Source: Perna viridis
Lineage: Eukaryota
DNA: 64,000 nt
Direction of reading: 5' to 3'
Assembly: GCA_037379345.1 (NCBI GenBank)
Contig: CM074514.1
Span: 13,268,001-13,332,000, forward strand
A model generated the notes under the pieces. It did not search any database. It saw nothing but the letters and a program-made list of their open reading frames with translations, and was not told the origin of the DNA. The first letter of the stretch is position 1; every line of letters starts with the position of its first letter. Below, piece by piece: positions 25,450-37,220 of this stretch. Position numbers and translations under genes: made by a program.

Positions 25450-25915
25450 ATGAGCGTCGTCTGAAATGAACGAGAAAAGAACAACGCCCGAAATGAATAA
25501 GAAAAAAATGTCTGAAATGAATGAGAAAAGGCATTGTCTCCAAAGAGTGAAAATACAATATTGTCTCCGATGACTGAAAATGGAATATTGTCTCCAATGA
25601 CCGGAAATAGAATATCGTATCCAATTACTAGAAATAGAAAATTGTCTCCAATTACTGAAATCAGATTATTGTTTTCAATGACTGATACTATAATATTGTC
25701 TCGAATGACTGAAAATAGAATATTGTTTTCAGTGACTGAAAATGGAATATTGTCCCCAATTACTGAAAATAGAACATTGTCCCGAATTGCTGAAAATAGG
25801 ATATTGTTTTCAATGACTGAAAATATAATATTGTCTCGAATGACTGAAAATAGAATATTGTCTCGAATGACTGAAAATAGAATATTGTCTTCAGTGACTG
25901 AGAATAGAATATTGA
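25450..25915. repeat. 27-bp minisatellite (about 14 good copies plus about 3 diverged)
   Basis: Consensus AATATTGTCTCGAATGACTGAAAATAG; explains the 9-aa-repeat ORFs 25534-25944 (+) and 25257-25997 (-). Confidence 0.9.
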
Positions 25916-26520
25916 ACGAGAAACATGTATCATCTTTTATATGATGAAACGTAACAAATGCACCAGCGTAGAACCTAAATATAAACAAAATTGTCAATCC
26001 TTTTTAAGATCATCAAAAGGACTTCAACAGGTACTAAAACCAATATTACGATACAAAGACACATTAATGTACAACCTCCTGAAATGTGAGATCAAACATA
26101 ACTGAAACAACTCAATCATACAACCGATTTTCTCCATGATGTACTTCAACATACTACATACAGACAAAACAATATATCTATTTTAAGAGCCCTTGTAGTT
26201 TCTGAAAATGAGCTCAGTATATATATAACATTACCGTCAAAACTACTAGCATTAACAAATAATTGGTCATTGCAATTCTAGTACACTGGATTTGGAATAG
26301 TAACGTCAAGTATTAAATAGACAAGATTTGTTGTAGTACAAAACTCAACAAAAAATTTACGCAGAGATGCAATTAGGTGTCAAATAGCTTTATTTGTGAA
26401 AACAAGGCTCATAGAAAAGACATTAATTCGAAAACATATCTTTTAATTTATTGGTACTTCCATTAGAGTTTCTTTGGTGCTTTATAAACTATATTTCCGT
26501 AAAAAATGGATGAGCAAATC

Positions 26521-27060
26521 ATTTTTGTCTCGCCTGCGACGAAAGTCGTGGTAGGCGAGACTTAGGTTTTGCTTTTCCGGCGACGACGGCGGCGCCCACA
26601 AACTTAACATTAAATTTTCTGAAAAGTTCATTTAAAGATGAACCCCTTATGCTAAGTCAATGATATTTGGTGTAGAAATGCATTACCACCATTGCATTAC
26701 AAATTCATTCCAATTTTACGCATATATCTCCGCAGTCATTGTCTGTTGACGGAGAAAATTCAATTTTAAAGTTTAATGTTTAGTTTTCTGATAAGTTCAT
26801 TTTAACATGAACCCCTTATGCTAAGTCAATGATATTTGGTGTTATTACCATCATTGTATCACAAATTCATGCCAATTTTACGCATATACACCCGCAGTCT
26901 AGTGCATTTTGTATTGGTAACACAAAAATAATTATTTTAAAATTGCATATTATTATAAAAAAATATGAAAGCAACACAAAAAATCATATTTAACAAATAC
27001 ATCATTATATTGACAATACCGAACAGGTGAGACTTATGTCTGTGATAACAGTTTATTCTT
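26521..27060 (+). mobile_element. Helentron-associated non-autonomous element (HINE) with internal tandem repeat of about 170 bp
   Basis: 5' TTTTT + hairpin GTCTCGCCTGCGAC-gaaa-GTCGTGGTAGGCGAGAC, (CGA/CGG)n microsatellite, two units of about 170 bp (about 26610-26740, 26780-26900), 3' subterminal CAGGTGAGAC + hairpin CTGTgataACAG + T-run. Confidence 0.75.
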
Positions 27061-27289
27061 TTGATTACCGCTATAACCTTGGTTCCCTTGATTACTCTTT
27101 GATTATCGCTATAACCTTGGTTCCTTTGATTACTCATTGACTAAAAATCTGCAAATACTATTATAAAATGGTATCAAAGTGTAGTAACGGTGAAAAAACT
27201 TTGTATATGTCTTTTGAAGTTTGGATGTCGATATCCTGGTATTACATTCTTTTGATTACCGCTATAACATTGGTTCCGTTGATTACTCT
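27055..27289 (+). mobile_element. Three short copies of the Penelope-like 3' terminus
   Basis: ttgattaccgctataaccttggttcccttgattactct at 27061-27098 and 27099-27135, and a longer diverged copy ending about 27288. Confidence 0.8.
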
Positions 27290-28286
27290 GTAAAGAATCG
27301 GTTGTGTCTGACAATTTATTACAAAAAAAGAGTAAGTCGGACTAGTTGAGGAATGTAATTACCGTAGGAGGGTGCTTCTTGAGTAGACCACCTAGGAATG
27401 GAAACTCAACAAAAGGGAAATCAAGATCACTTCAAGTTTTAATATGAAGGCTGCCATTTTCAAGTGCAATATTTAAATCAAGAAAAAAGGTGTACGGGTA
27501 CTATTTTTGTAAGGTTTGGGTAGGTATCTTAAACATATTTTTAAGTAAATATAACTATCATCATATTATCTAAAAGTATTATAAATTTATGCAATAGTCT
27601 TAAATCACTTCAAAATGCATTGGTTCATAACCAGGAATGAATTTAGAGCAAGATTTATCAAAGGACTATTCAATGAAATATGACAACTTTAGCAGCATTG
27701 TATACAGGGTAGAAAAGTCATTACTATCAAACGAATCATACGAATACTGAAAGTTATGATGCCGATCAAATAAATAATAGATTAAATACAGTTTTAACAC
27801 TCCAAAAAAGTTTACGCCTTTATTGAAGTTTAAAAGTGGTTAAAAAAGAGGTAAATAATCTAGAAATATTAGTAGTAGAACATTTATTGGAAGATGAAAT
27901 AACACGTGATTTCTACGGCTTTTTGTGTAGTTTTGCTATCCAGTATAAGGTCGGAGCGGACATGAAATGATTGATTTTAGTACAGAACTAAGTAGGTGAT
28001 TTAAAATTTTCTTAAGTTACTTCACTCTTTGTAGAGTTAATGAATTGAAAAGTACAGGAGTAAGTTATTTCGGTGTAATGTCTACATCAAATTATAACTA
28101 CATTATTAGCCACAATATCCGCTGGGGCGAACACGACTTTCTTTCTTAGTTACTTTAACTTTTTCCTTATTCTAGAAATTGGTAAATGAGAGTCGAAGGA
28201 TATGTATTTCTAACCTTTTATCTACGATTGTCATGAAGTAATGATGAAATTGTCCGAGATATTTTGTCTGCGTTTTCTATTCTCAA

Positions 28287-28720
28287 AGAGTAATCAAGGG
28301 AACCAAGATCACTGGGGAAATCAAAAGAATGTAATCCAGGGACAAAAAAACAGACATGGAAAACAGACAAACACAACAAAGAACATAAAGTAACTAAAAT
28401 CATACATACAAAGTAATACAATTAATTGAGCAACTCCACTAAAATCTGGGAGCATGGACCAGGTGCACCGGTAGGGTAAGCGTCTTCTGCTTTTCTAGAA
28501 ACACCCGTCCAGTTGCTCATAAAGTCAAGTCCGGGGTAGACGAATGAAGACAGGAAAACTATGACACGCTGAACAAATCAGTTTTCATGGTGCATATGGA
28601 TTCACCGTAACGATCTACGAGTTCATGATGACGACCATAAAACTTCTGTAGTGATGAGTTCAATCTTGTAGCAATAAAACCCTGTTCCAGAAGCCTAATT
28701 GTAAGAAGTCTGCTTTCTGT
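28287..28720 (-). mobile_element. Penelope-like retroelement, RT C-terminus + 3' UTR
   Basis: Encodes [50 protein letters not shown] followed by the family 3' UTR and terminus. Confidence 0.88.
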
Positions 28721-28869
28721 GATGGCGTTGCGACACTTTTCCAATCAATTATAGTCCTTTTTTAAAAACTTAATAATTTCTCGGTCTTTCAAAGATGTTT
28801 AGGTCTCCGGAAATAGTATTACCACATATAGAATTGGCACAAGGATGATGGACAGTTTGTATTAATGTC

Positions 28870-29200
28870 CGTATCAGAGCATCTTTTTCAATGAATGAAG
28901 GATAAGTGTTGTTTCGATAAATGATTAAGTGCCACCTTCATTAAAGTAGAAATATGGTATCGTCTTCTATGAATGAGTGAAGAGTATTGTCCTAAATACA
29001 CGAGCATGAAATATCGTCAACGAATAAGTATATTCATTTCAATAAAGTAAAAGACAATAACGTCTTCAATCGATTAATAAAAAGCATTGTTTACCATTAC
29101 TTAGAACAGAGTATCTTTTTAGTAAAGGGGGAAAGAATATCGTCTAAATAAATTGGAAGGTTGCTTTCATCGATGTTTCAAATTGAACGATATTGTATTT
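28870..29200. repeat. Highly decayed 27-bp-period array related to the 25450-25915 minisatellite
   Basis: Motif RtatYgtc recurs at 28879, 28906, 28957, 28984, 29011, 29057, 29084, 29111, 29137, mostly at 27-bp spacing. Confidence 0.5.
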
Positions 29201-30839
29201 TCTTGAAAATAAAAGGATCATCACTGACGTAAAACAACATGTTTGCACATAGTCTACTTAAAACTTTATATAATTATCCTTCAAGAAACAATGAAAATCG
29301 TATTTCAATTGTAACAAGATGTATATAAAATCGAATACATTTTTTTTTCAACCATTTGGAAATATATTAAAACTCAAGGTTTTAGCAAAAAATGTACTTC
29401 ACAGAGAAACAAGTCATACCCCACTGTTCGACCACATTTTTACTTTCGTTAATTTACAGCAGACTTTGTGTAATGTGAAGGAAATAGCAGTATTGCTTAT
29501 TATTACTTCCTCCGTTATATAGCCTACATGTATTAACGAATTATTCCCGATTTATCTCGGTCATATCTATATTAACGTATTAGGTCGTATGAAAGAAATA
29601 CTTTAGACATTGTTTGTCTTGATTAGATGTGAACTCTATCATTTTAAAAAGAGCAAACTATAGATCGTATACTTTTAGTACAATTGTTAAAGAATAAGGG
29701 AAATAGTCTAAGAATGTTTAAAAAGAAAAAACCTTGACCAATGAGTGTTTCGTTGACACATTTATATAACTGTCTAGTTTGTGTCCGTGAAACTTGGTTC
29801 ATAACCGTATAATACCTTGTAGGTACCCATGAGAATTCACTGCATTACTATCAAATTGTCTGAGACCCATGAAAAGTAAATCATTCGGTCAATGTATCTT
29901 ACGTTAAACATTTGTGGCGACTGTCTCCAATCAATTCACTTTGAAATGATACACATCGCGTGTGTATAAATAATGCCTAATTCCTGTGAAACCGAACAAA
30001 TTATGACTACCACTGGAGCCTTTGTGATTTTATGAATCGATATCCATCATATCATTCTACTGAATTGGCATTGTGAATTTCCTTAATCAACAGCAATTTA
30101 AGTAATCATTAAAAGCGTCTAAAATATTTTCCGACTTTTCTGGGAAACCTTCTCGTTGATTAGATTGTGATGTCGGTGGTTCATTTAACTGTTTATGACA
30201 GGGCAGTGTTCGTTGATCTGATTTGAACTTGACAGATTGTTGATGTGTTGGTATAATAAGTGAATACAGTAAAGTAAGGCTAATATATCGTAGAAATTAA
30301 CCATATAATAACTTAAAGATGAAAATAGTCTTTTCTTCAACAACACTGTTACATAACTTGGAGAAAAAATTAATTAAGCTATTAATTGTCAAAGTTTCTG
30401 AGTTCGGTCAAACCAGTTAATCAAATTCCCAAAGTGAAGTAAAATTTTCTTTTACCGATTGCATGCTAAAAAATTCACTAATTCGACAACCCAAGAACAT
30501 TTTAGATACTCTTCACTGCTGGTGCAGACATTTTAATTCTATATAATCGTCGTATGAAGCAAATGGAATTACAGACCTTTTTGGGAAAAAGACGACTTTT
30601 GGCAAGATACTTTAATTTAAAATACATTTTAACAGATAATGTTTTGTTATTAAAAAACATTCACGACTCGCTTATCATCTTCACAAAATCAATCCTGGAG
30701 AACTTGTGGTAATGAATACTACAGACTATGCTTTGTCTGCATTATGACTTACATTCCAAACGGAGAAAAAAAGAAAGCTCATAACCAAACGCTTCACAAG
30801 TGTAATGACATGTTTCGAGTTTACTGTTATAAAACGATG

Positions 30840-31100
30840 TTATGCAAAGTTGGTATTTTGATGAATATTTTGTCAGGCACAGAAAACTTCTCTTTTAGAT
30901 CTGGATAGCGAAAATAGAAATTTTCAGGCAGTGTACGAGACGTATTTTTATATCCATGGTCGAAAAGCCTGTATCTCTGACAACGATGGTGCATTAAGAA
31001 GTAAGAGTATTGGCTAGTAACTTTGACATACCTTAACAACTGATAAATATAAACACCATGTGGTGGCGGAGATGTTACTGCACATGAAAAGGAAATGGAT
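30840..31100 (-). mobile_element. Older Penelope-like RT C-terminal fragment (different subfamily)
   Basis: Translation PPHGVYIYQLLRY...F.MHHRC...LFDHGY...FYFRYPDLKEKF parallels [13 protein letters not shown]...LLEQGY...FYGRHHELVDRY. Confidence 0.7.
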
Positions 31101-33024
31101 AATTTATAAACCAAAATCGTCTTGTTCGTGATAAACTTTTGTACTGAGATGACTGTTGTCATTTATTTGAATTAAAAAATATATATATATCGGCTAGGAA
31201 AGGGGCTTAATAAGTACCCATTGGGATGTCAATAATTAGCCCATAATCAAGCATTAATACAGATTTATTACATTCGTGATACTTTTGTTTAGTCTGTATT
31301 TAACTGGATATGACATGAGTAAATTAAAAGAAGAGAACGCTTATCCTATCGATACACCTGGTCCATATTCGTGCTGCAGAAATGTAGGCTAAGCTTTCTT
31401 TTTTACTTGTTTATAATTTATCTCATGTTCTCAATGTGCTTCAGTTTAATGCTTTTCATTTTCCGTCTTTTCATTTTATTTTTTTCTATGGCTTTTGTAA
31501 CAATCCCACGGAATCATTGATTGATATATATGTGATATGTAATACTATAGGTGACTGCACAAGTGGTCCATGATCTATTCTCGTTTTCACCACTATACAG
31601 TACAAATCTTTGAATTTGTTATTTAGTTTGACTCAATTGTAAGACACTGGTTGTCATAACTTGGATTTATGTTAAAAACATCACACAGTGACAGTGAAAT
31701 CCCTGAAGCACCTGCCACAATACATTCAAATTTCAACTTATAGACTGTACATGTTCACCGTGTTCGTGTTTTTTTTTTATATTTTTGACAGCTATAAAGT
31801 TTTCAAAATCCACTTCACACTATTGACGAAAAGTCTTAATTTTTTATCAATAAATGCCGACATGTCTCCTATCATTAAATTAACTTGGAGACACCAACAG
31901 AGACATACTTTTAAGCTAATTACACGGTGCCAATAGTTTCATTTTATTGTGTATTTCTCCATACTTTGAAGGTCTGGTGCCATATCACAATTTTCAAAAC
32001 GTCTATATGATCATGTAGTTGGTTATAAAATACCAGTACAGTAATTACAAGTTGGCTTGATCCCTGTCCGGTTTATGAATCAACATATTCTCCTTTAAAT
32101 TAATAAGTAAATTTCAAATTAACCATACAAATCTCAAAATTTCAAATTTCATTTACGATTACAGTCTTCTGCACCATAGATCAGGTACTGAAAGGCGACG
32201 TCGACGAACATTATATGGACTTTCGACCAAGGACGTCAGGTGTATTTATTGCCTTTTTCATAACTTTAAAACATGTTTGACAGCATCTTTAGGTAAAAGT
32301 AAGTGGGTAACCATATGAAAATTGTAACAGAAAGAAGGATTTTTACGTAGATTGATATATTTTTTTAGAAAAATTGTAGGATTAGTTTTCATAACGGAAG
32401 TATACAAACTTCAAAACTCGAAATATTTTGGGTATTTACCGTTATTTCTATATAATTTAATTTGATTTGTAACAAGCAAATTTTCAGAAAAAAAACTGTC
32501 GGATTAGTTGTTTGCATACGTCTAATCTTAAGTAATCGGAATTTTGCATGGTCATCCGTAGCACCTTTGCATTATTAAAAATCTTTCGTAAATTTTCCTT
32601 CAATTCATATATTTTGCATCTTTAGAAATGTTATATGATTCAAAATGATTTGCTTAGGGGGAAAGGCGTAAAGAGGAAAACCACAAGAAAACACTTTTAT
32701 ACACATTGTACATATGTAAAGCCATTTATTTCATGATGATTAGTGTCTAAAGATCTTTTAGGTTGTCATTGTAGGATAAAATGTAACGATAGTGTTAAAA
32801 ATATGTACCACTGTTAAACATATACAGTTGGCGTTCTTTCATGATCATGACAAAAAAAGAAAAAACTTACGGATTCGTAGTTGTGTGAATAACTTTTCAT
32901 TCGTTCCCAAGATAAGTTTCGAAGTCATATTCAAAACTGGCCGAAGACGATCGTCATTTCTAAGGTGACACACCTATTTCTTCTTATCGACCTATTTCTC
33001 CGAACTGAAGTATAATTTATATGA

Positions 33025-33430
33025 AGAGTAATCAAGGAAACAAAGGTTCTAGCAGTAATCAAAAGAATGTAATCCAGGGACAAAGACCAGATTTGGAAAG
33101 CAGACATACACAACAAAGAACATAAAATAACTAAAATCATACATAAAAAGTAACAAAAGCAAATGAGCAACTCGGATTCCACTAAAAACTGGGAGCATGG
33201 ACCATGTGCACCGGTAGGGTAAGTGTCCTCTGCTTTTCTTGAAACACACGCCGAGTTGCTCATAAAAAATCAAGTCCGGGGTAGACGAAAGATATAAGGA
33301 AAACTATGACACGCTGAACAAATCAGTTTTCATGGCGCAGATGGGAACACCGTAACGATCTACGAGTTTATGATGACGACCATAAAACTTCTATAGTGAT
33401 CTTGTAGCAACGAAACCCTGTTCCAGAAGC
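33025..33430 (-). mobile_element. Penelope-like retroelement, RT C-terminus + complete 3' UTR
   Basis: Same family; contains the intact 13-bp inverted repeat ATGAGCAACTCGG (33163-33175) / CCGAGTTGCTCAT (33251-33263). Confidence 0.88.
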
Positions 33431-35413
33431 ACTGTTTAATTTTTGTCCAAATAATAGGCGTAGAATCCATTCTTTCCCTCTTCATAGACAATCTGACATG
33501 ACAATCCAGCTGTTGACGTACGCATATTTCAGTGGAAAAATGGTTTAATATAGTTTTGGAATGAAATGAAATAAGGCAATTTAAACTGTGAATACAACAA
33601 AAATAACAGATAATTTACGTAATGAACGAAACAGAAACATTACTAACAATACATTTGTTCTCAGGTGGATTTACAGTAATGAAACACAGGTGGAACCCTA
33701 AACACTCACGAGGAATCATATCTTCATATCCCTAAATATTCTAGGAGTTGTACGGTCTTAGTTCTTCTTTTCATTATTTTTTTTTGATGTCATGAAATCG
33801 CAGTAAAAGGAATTAGTTCACGTACCAGGAAGCTCCATTTTCACTATCTTGCAGAATTTCTGGTTTGGGTCCATAGTATATCAGATCATTGATTTTCATT
33901 TATCACTTTCTCTCTTTTCGAGCATATTTCTGACTGTTAACCCTTTAGTTGACATGTTTACGCTTAGCTGATTGATAAACAGAAAATTAAGGTTTTCCAT
34001 TATTAGACGAAAACTGTATATGGTTAACCATCAGAAATAATTTTGACAACTTAAAGTTTAAACCATACATTCATAGAATTAACGCTGTCATTATTGTCGT
34101 GTTTCAAAACACTTTACTCGATGAATAAAGGTAAACACTACTAAGTTTTTATCGACAAAATTCTATATAGAGTATAAACCAGAATGTCATTTACATGTTG
34201 TGAATATACGTGTAATTGGTGATAAAATAAAACTTATGGAATGAAAGAGAATGGCGTGTTTAGTAAAAATTCAGACAAAATGGATTCCGTGAGAACGAGC
34301 TTTGAAAAGCCCTGAACACTTCAAGTATTATGAACAGTTTCAAAGCTATTTCCTAATAAACAAAGGCCTAAGTGGCTAAATGGATGTGTTACTTTGACTA
34401 TCTAGTTTGACATAGGGCATTGTGTATGGGTGATTAAAATTCAGGATAAATTGTCAGTCTGTAAATGATCATGTTGACAATTAACGTTATTTAGTACTAC
34501 CTGGACACATCATTTCTAATGCAAAGATGTTGTTCTGGGTTTATTTATTGTTTTATTTTAAAATTAAAGCATATAAAGTTATATTGTTTAAATAATGTAA
34601 TAATTTTAATGACCGAGACATTAGTGTAGCATATCACGGCAACGCTGCTGATTTTTCTTGTAGTATAGAAGAGACAACAGTCGATCTTGATAGGTAATAC
34701 TTTTTTCTGGTTTATTCCGTTTTTTATCAAATTAGATCGAAGATCAGAATTGATATAGCAGTCGCCCTGAGCCTTTAGATTTGTAAAGCCTGTTAGCATA
34801 TGCAATTATCTTACACTATCGCAGGAAAATAGTCCCATTGGCATACCCTATTAAGGTTTAAAATGCAGATAGTCAGGTCCACTTTATAGGTATGTCTTAT
34901 ATATCATACTTCATTCTATGCTATTTACCCCAATAAACAAACCCAATAAACAACTTTTACTGCAAACTAAATATGTTGATTAATTTGATTTGTATTAACA
35001 GCGATCCTTTAAAAATAGTTGACCTCTAACCTCTTATCAGTACCTGTTTATTTCAATGCATTTACCCGTATAAACCAATCATTCACTATTTAATATTCAA
35101 CATGTCGACATATTCAAGTTGCCTTCAAATGCTTTATTCTTAGATGCACAATAAACCATTTGATGTTTATCTAGAAAACCACCCTTCGAGATTATAAATA
35201 GTCATCGATCATAGAAATGAAATATAAAAAAGGAATGCTGAGTATCGATTGAAAGAGCTGTTTCCAGATACTTCATACGGGATATGGCTGATCTATGCAT
35301 TTATAAAAAGGGGCAGTGGTTTCGATCAAGAAATTGATATAAAGAAAGAGGTTCCAGACAGTGACTACACTCCCTATTCCATGATACTGTTTGCCGCTCA
35401 TTTTTGCCAAACT

Positions 35414-35498
35414 TATGTCTGTTTTCCATGTCTGATCTTTGTCCATGGATTACATTCTTTTGATTACCGCTATAACCTTGGTTCCCTTGATTACTCTT
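35414..35498 (+). mobile_element. Penelope-like 3' terminal fragment
   Basis: tgtctgttttccatgtctg...ggattacattcttttgattaccgctataaccttggttcccttgattactct. Confidence 0.8.
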
Positions 35499-37220
35499 TT
35501 TAACAATACCAGTTTGAATTTAGGTTAAGCGTGACAATAAATCGACAACTACATCACCCTAGCATCTTAAGCTTCTTTTACAGGATGACTTGTAATAAAC
35601 CATTGGCTATTTCAGCCTCTTAGTCCTTAAAATATATCTCGTTTCAGGAGATAAATGGTCATAAATCCTCGAATTAATGTTCTTATGTCTAAATGTGTTG
35701 CATTTTTATAGATAACAATATTATTTTATAAAAGGGTTTCCGATTTCCCAACTGTTCTACCTTCATGAACTTGATTAAGATATATCACGTGCAAATTCAA
35801 CACAAGCGACAGGCTAGGAAATCAGGTCGACAAAAATACAAAAAAACATAAAAACGGATAATCTTTTTCCTTGGGGAATCATAGTCTAATTCTCTGGTTA
35901 CTTAATGCGTAGAAGACAAAATGTGTATGTGTCTAATTACCATGCTGTATACTAACTTTTCACATAAATATTTTCCTGTAATTAGAAAAATAAAAAAATC
36001 CAGTATTAGTGCTTAAAACATATTGCATTTCTTCTTAGGTTTGTCTGTTTCTTATGATACTTTGTGATATTTGTAGTGTTTTATTATTTCATTCTTGGCG
36101 TAGTCTATGTCCTGTGATTATGAATTATGTTACTCGTTCCATTCATAGTTTCTATGCTTTCACTTCCAATAAAATTAATGAGGATGGAGTTGATACTCTT
36201 TAAAGTATACATATCTTTTTAAAAATGTATTTGATTGTTTTTATCTAGACATTGAGTAAAATGTGCGTGTTTAGGACAAGCTTTTAGTATCGTATTTATC
36301 TCATTAAAGCCGTGTACTTCAAGCTAGGAAATTGATAAAACAAGGCATATTGAAAATGTGAATTAGTATTCCCTAGTTGACCCAAGAATTAAAAGTGTTT
36401 GCACAAAACAACTATTTGAATTTGAATTTCAAGTGATAGAATTTCATTTTGTTTTAGCTTTGATTGGCAAAGTGTGATCGATGGTTTGTAGAACAAATGT
36501 TTTATACATCAGTATTTATGCTTTATGTCTTTTTGTCCACAAATATCCAAGGTTCGACTTATGCGTTTGATAACGTTATGAGGCAACGTTATATCTTGTC
36601 ATAAACACCTGCGAAGGATAATGATCTTTTAATTATCACCTCAGATGTTTGCTAAATTCTACTGTGATAATAAGCAGATTCCTGAAATTTGATGAACATC
36701 ATGACACTTACTAGGGGAAATATTACTAGATGAAATAGCGTTATACATTGATTGACAAATTTTCAATAACAGGAATACTGAGAAAAATCTTTTTAACAAA
36801 ATGGTTTGAAAAGCTATATGATTTAGTTCAATTTTTAGGGATTAATTACGCAAGCAATGGAATTCAACGACAAAAAATGTGAAAGTGTGAAGCTTTACAC
36901 TGTATTAAGTATTGATGCTAACACCTATACAATGAACTTTCTTGTGAAAAAGTAGTTTAGGTGTTAAACTTGAAAGTTCGGCTAGTGAAGAATCATAATT
37001 TTAACATATGAGAAATGAAAAGGCCTATGATTTGTAAGTTCAATTACATGTGATGTTGACTGCGAGTAATATGTTAATCCTTCTATTATGTATCGAATAA
37101 CGTGGAAGCTTAGCGTGAACGCTGCCCAATCGAAGTAAAGACAAACCCACGCGCATCATGAAAAATAAAATAAAACTTTGAAATTTTCTCTATTTCGAAG
37201 CATATATCAAGAGCAAGAGA

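Noticed and set aside
25257-25997. Longest ORF in the track (246 aa, minus) as a protein-coding gene
   Set aside because: It is the translation of a 27-bp minisatellite plus an inverted-repeat arm; no splice or homology support.
32931-33273. Recurrent small hydrophobic ORFs (MSNS..., ...VPGLHSFDY...) as a membrane-peptide gene family
   Set aside because: They are readings of the T-rich 3' UTR of the Penelope-like repeat; frames and stops differ between copies.
19200-37200. Hidden protein-coding gene in the long intergenic interval
   Set aside because: No set of phase-compatible exons with recognisable protein signal; isolated donor-like motifs (e.g. near 23085, minus) are not enough. A lncRNA cannot be excluded.
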